Source: a virus
Taxonomy: Duplodnaviria; Caudoviricetes
DNA length: 64,000 bases
Virus record (IMG/VR): IMGVR_UViG_3300033067_000616
Location: 150 to 64,149 of that record
Strand: one strand, 5' to 3'
Below the pieces are notes generated by a model. It searched no databases. It had not been told where the DNA came from and saw nothing but the letters and a program-made list of their open reading frames with translations. The translations under genes and the position numbers were made by a program. This document shows, in pieces, positions 62,799-64,000 of the stretch (its first letter is position 1; every line of letters starts with the position of its first letter).

Positions 62799-64000
62799 TG
62801 TGAGTCAGTAAGCGCAGTCGGGAATAGCGCCATTGAGTTGATGTTTGCTGGCTTGTGGCTTCCATCCATAATTATATTCTCCATTGCCGTAGGTGTGAAC
62901 GAAGCTGCCGCAACAACTTTCACTCCATTCACGAAAATGTCAGCGGTTGTGCCATTCCATTTGATGGCAATTTTTGCATTTGGTGTTGTTAACACGAACA
63001 TTGGTGTAAATACACCACCAACAAATCTACTAATTCCAAATCTTGTTGATGTGGAATCGGGGTTTCTAATTGAAAAACCATTTCCTGCATTTGATGTAGT
63101 ACCTGTATTTATAAAAATACCGCCCCCACTTTGCCCCCTTTGAGTCATAAAATCATTCCTCAAATCCACAAACCAAGTACCACCCGCAGCAGTTATCAGC
63201 CCATTGGTGAAGATGTTGTTTCGTGTTATTGAATCAGCGTTACGAGTAACACTTGCAGTTGTAGTCGGGATGTAAGAGGTTGCGTATGCGCCCGCTTCGT
63301 ACTGAACACCCCAAAGGAAGACGGAAGTGTTCAAGGTGTTTGTTTGACTTCTTGGTGCAGTTGCAGAATTTACAAGGCTAATAGATAAAACAGTTGATGT
63401 TGTAAAAGTAGCCGTTGCGGTCGTAGTGCAGCGATACCAACCATTACCAACTGCCGTAATTGTTGCAGTTGTAGACGCGCCAACCGAGCCAACTACTCCC
63501 GCATCAAGGTCAAAGTTTGCCCAGCCCGTAGTTCCAAAAGAAGCCGCTCCCGGGAAAAATTGAATAAAATTATTAGTCCCTTTCTTGGCATAAATAGAAA
63601 ATGTATATGCTACTCCATTTGTCACGCTAACGCTTTGTGTTACCTCGTGCCTATTGCTTGTCCCATCGCCCGTTAAAGTGTCAGCATCCACAATACCACT
63701 TGGGGATGTTGTTGAATTTGCCGTAATGCTTACCGCATTTTTACCCCAACTTGCACTATCAAAAGACGAACTCTGCAAAGCAAGGTTTGTTCTCTGCGGT
63801 TCTAATAGTATGTTAGGACAACCACCTAAAGAGTAGTCTAATCTCGGAATGTTCAAAGCTACACTTTCTACAAGTCCGCTTGAATTGATTCGTGTTGCAG
63901 TAGTCGCACGCGTTGCCGTGAAATCTCCGTTGCCATTCGACGGAATCACGGAATATAACTTCGATGCCTTGTAAGCGTTAGGCGTTAGTAAAAGGGAAGC
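62777..64000 (-). CDS. Tail fibre/head spike protein, 5' end outside the window
   Basis: Frame is open to the window edge (ASLLLTPNAYKASKLYSVIP); PRLDY....CP.+LLEPQRTNL; WG.Q.E.GAYATSYIPT...VTR.AD. Confidence 0.75.
   Translation of the reverse strand, partial: ASLLLTPNAYKASKLYSVIPSNGNGDFTATRATTATRINSSGLVESVALNIPRLDYSLGGCPNILLEPQRTNLALQSSSFDSASWGKNAVSITANSTTSPSGIVDADTLTGDGTSNRHEVTQSVSVTNGVAYTFSIYAKKGTNNFIQFFPGAASFGTTGWANFDLDAGVVGSVGASTTATITAVGNGWYRCTTTATATFTTSTVLSISLVNSATAPRSQTNTLNTSVFLWGVQYEAGAYATSYIPTTTASVTRNADSITRNNIFTNGLITAAGGTWFVDLRNDFMTQRGQSGGGIFINTGTTSNAGNGFSIRNPDSTSTRFGISRFVGGVFTPMFVLTTPNAKIAIKWNGTTADIFVNGVKVVAAASFTPTAMENIIMDGSHKPANINSMALFPTALTDSQCIALTT

Noticed and set aside
2379-63836. 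Many shadow ORFs in the track (for example 2894..3310, 26965..27300, 30277..30714, 53035..53322, 56329..56913)
   Set aside because: They are antisense or out-of-frame to well-supported genes and lack protein-like features
1-64000. Stop-codon reassignment or alternative genetic code
   Set aside because: Long genes (3200 aa, TerL, portal) read intact in the standard code, and no suppressor tRNA was seen

Overview
This window is most of a ~64+ kb, apparently lytic, podovirus-type dsDNA phage genome, circularly permuted. The host is most likely Bacteroidota/Flavobacteriia, based on TAnnTTTG promoters, A-rich leaders without Shine-Dalgarno sites, a DUF3127-type SSB and a BT4734-type primase. The + strand arm (5.7-26.9 kb) carries the early and replication genes: a strong promoter, a structured leader with boxA, a type I hammerhead ribozyme, an iteron-flanked origin, JAB, exonuclease, SSB, primase-helicase, SF2 helicase, VRR-NUC, ThyX with an HNH, and a metallophosphoesterase. 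The - strand arm (64 kb down to 26.9 kb, continuing from 5.1 kb down to 1) carries the late genes: tail fibre, lysis, TerL with an intein, portal, scaffold, MCP, tail, ejection proteins including a 3200-aa polyvalent protein, GroEL/GroES, and an ATE/Bpt-like aminoacyl-tRNA-protein transferase. No DNA polymerase, integrase or canonical tRNA was recognised. Five candidates stand out: (1) a poly-Thr mucin-like virion protein translationally coupled to a GT-A glycosyltransferase, a possible virion O-glycosylation system; (2) a hammerhead ribozyme inside the early operon; (3) a phage N-degron transferase beside the chaperonins; (4) a tRNA-like RNA with expanded arms and no anticodon; (5) AAATCAGAAT-delimited gene-cassette arrays. 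All protein family calls come from motif recognition by eye; no database search was run.
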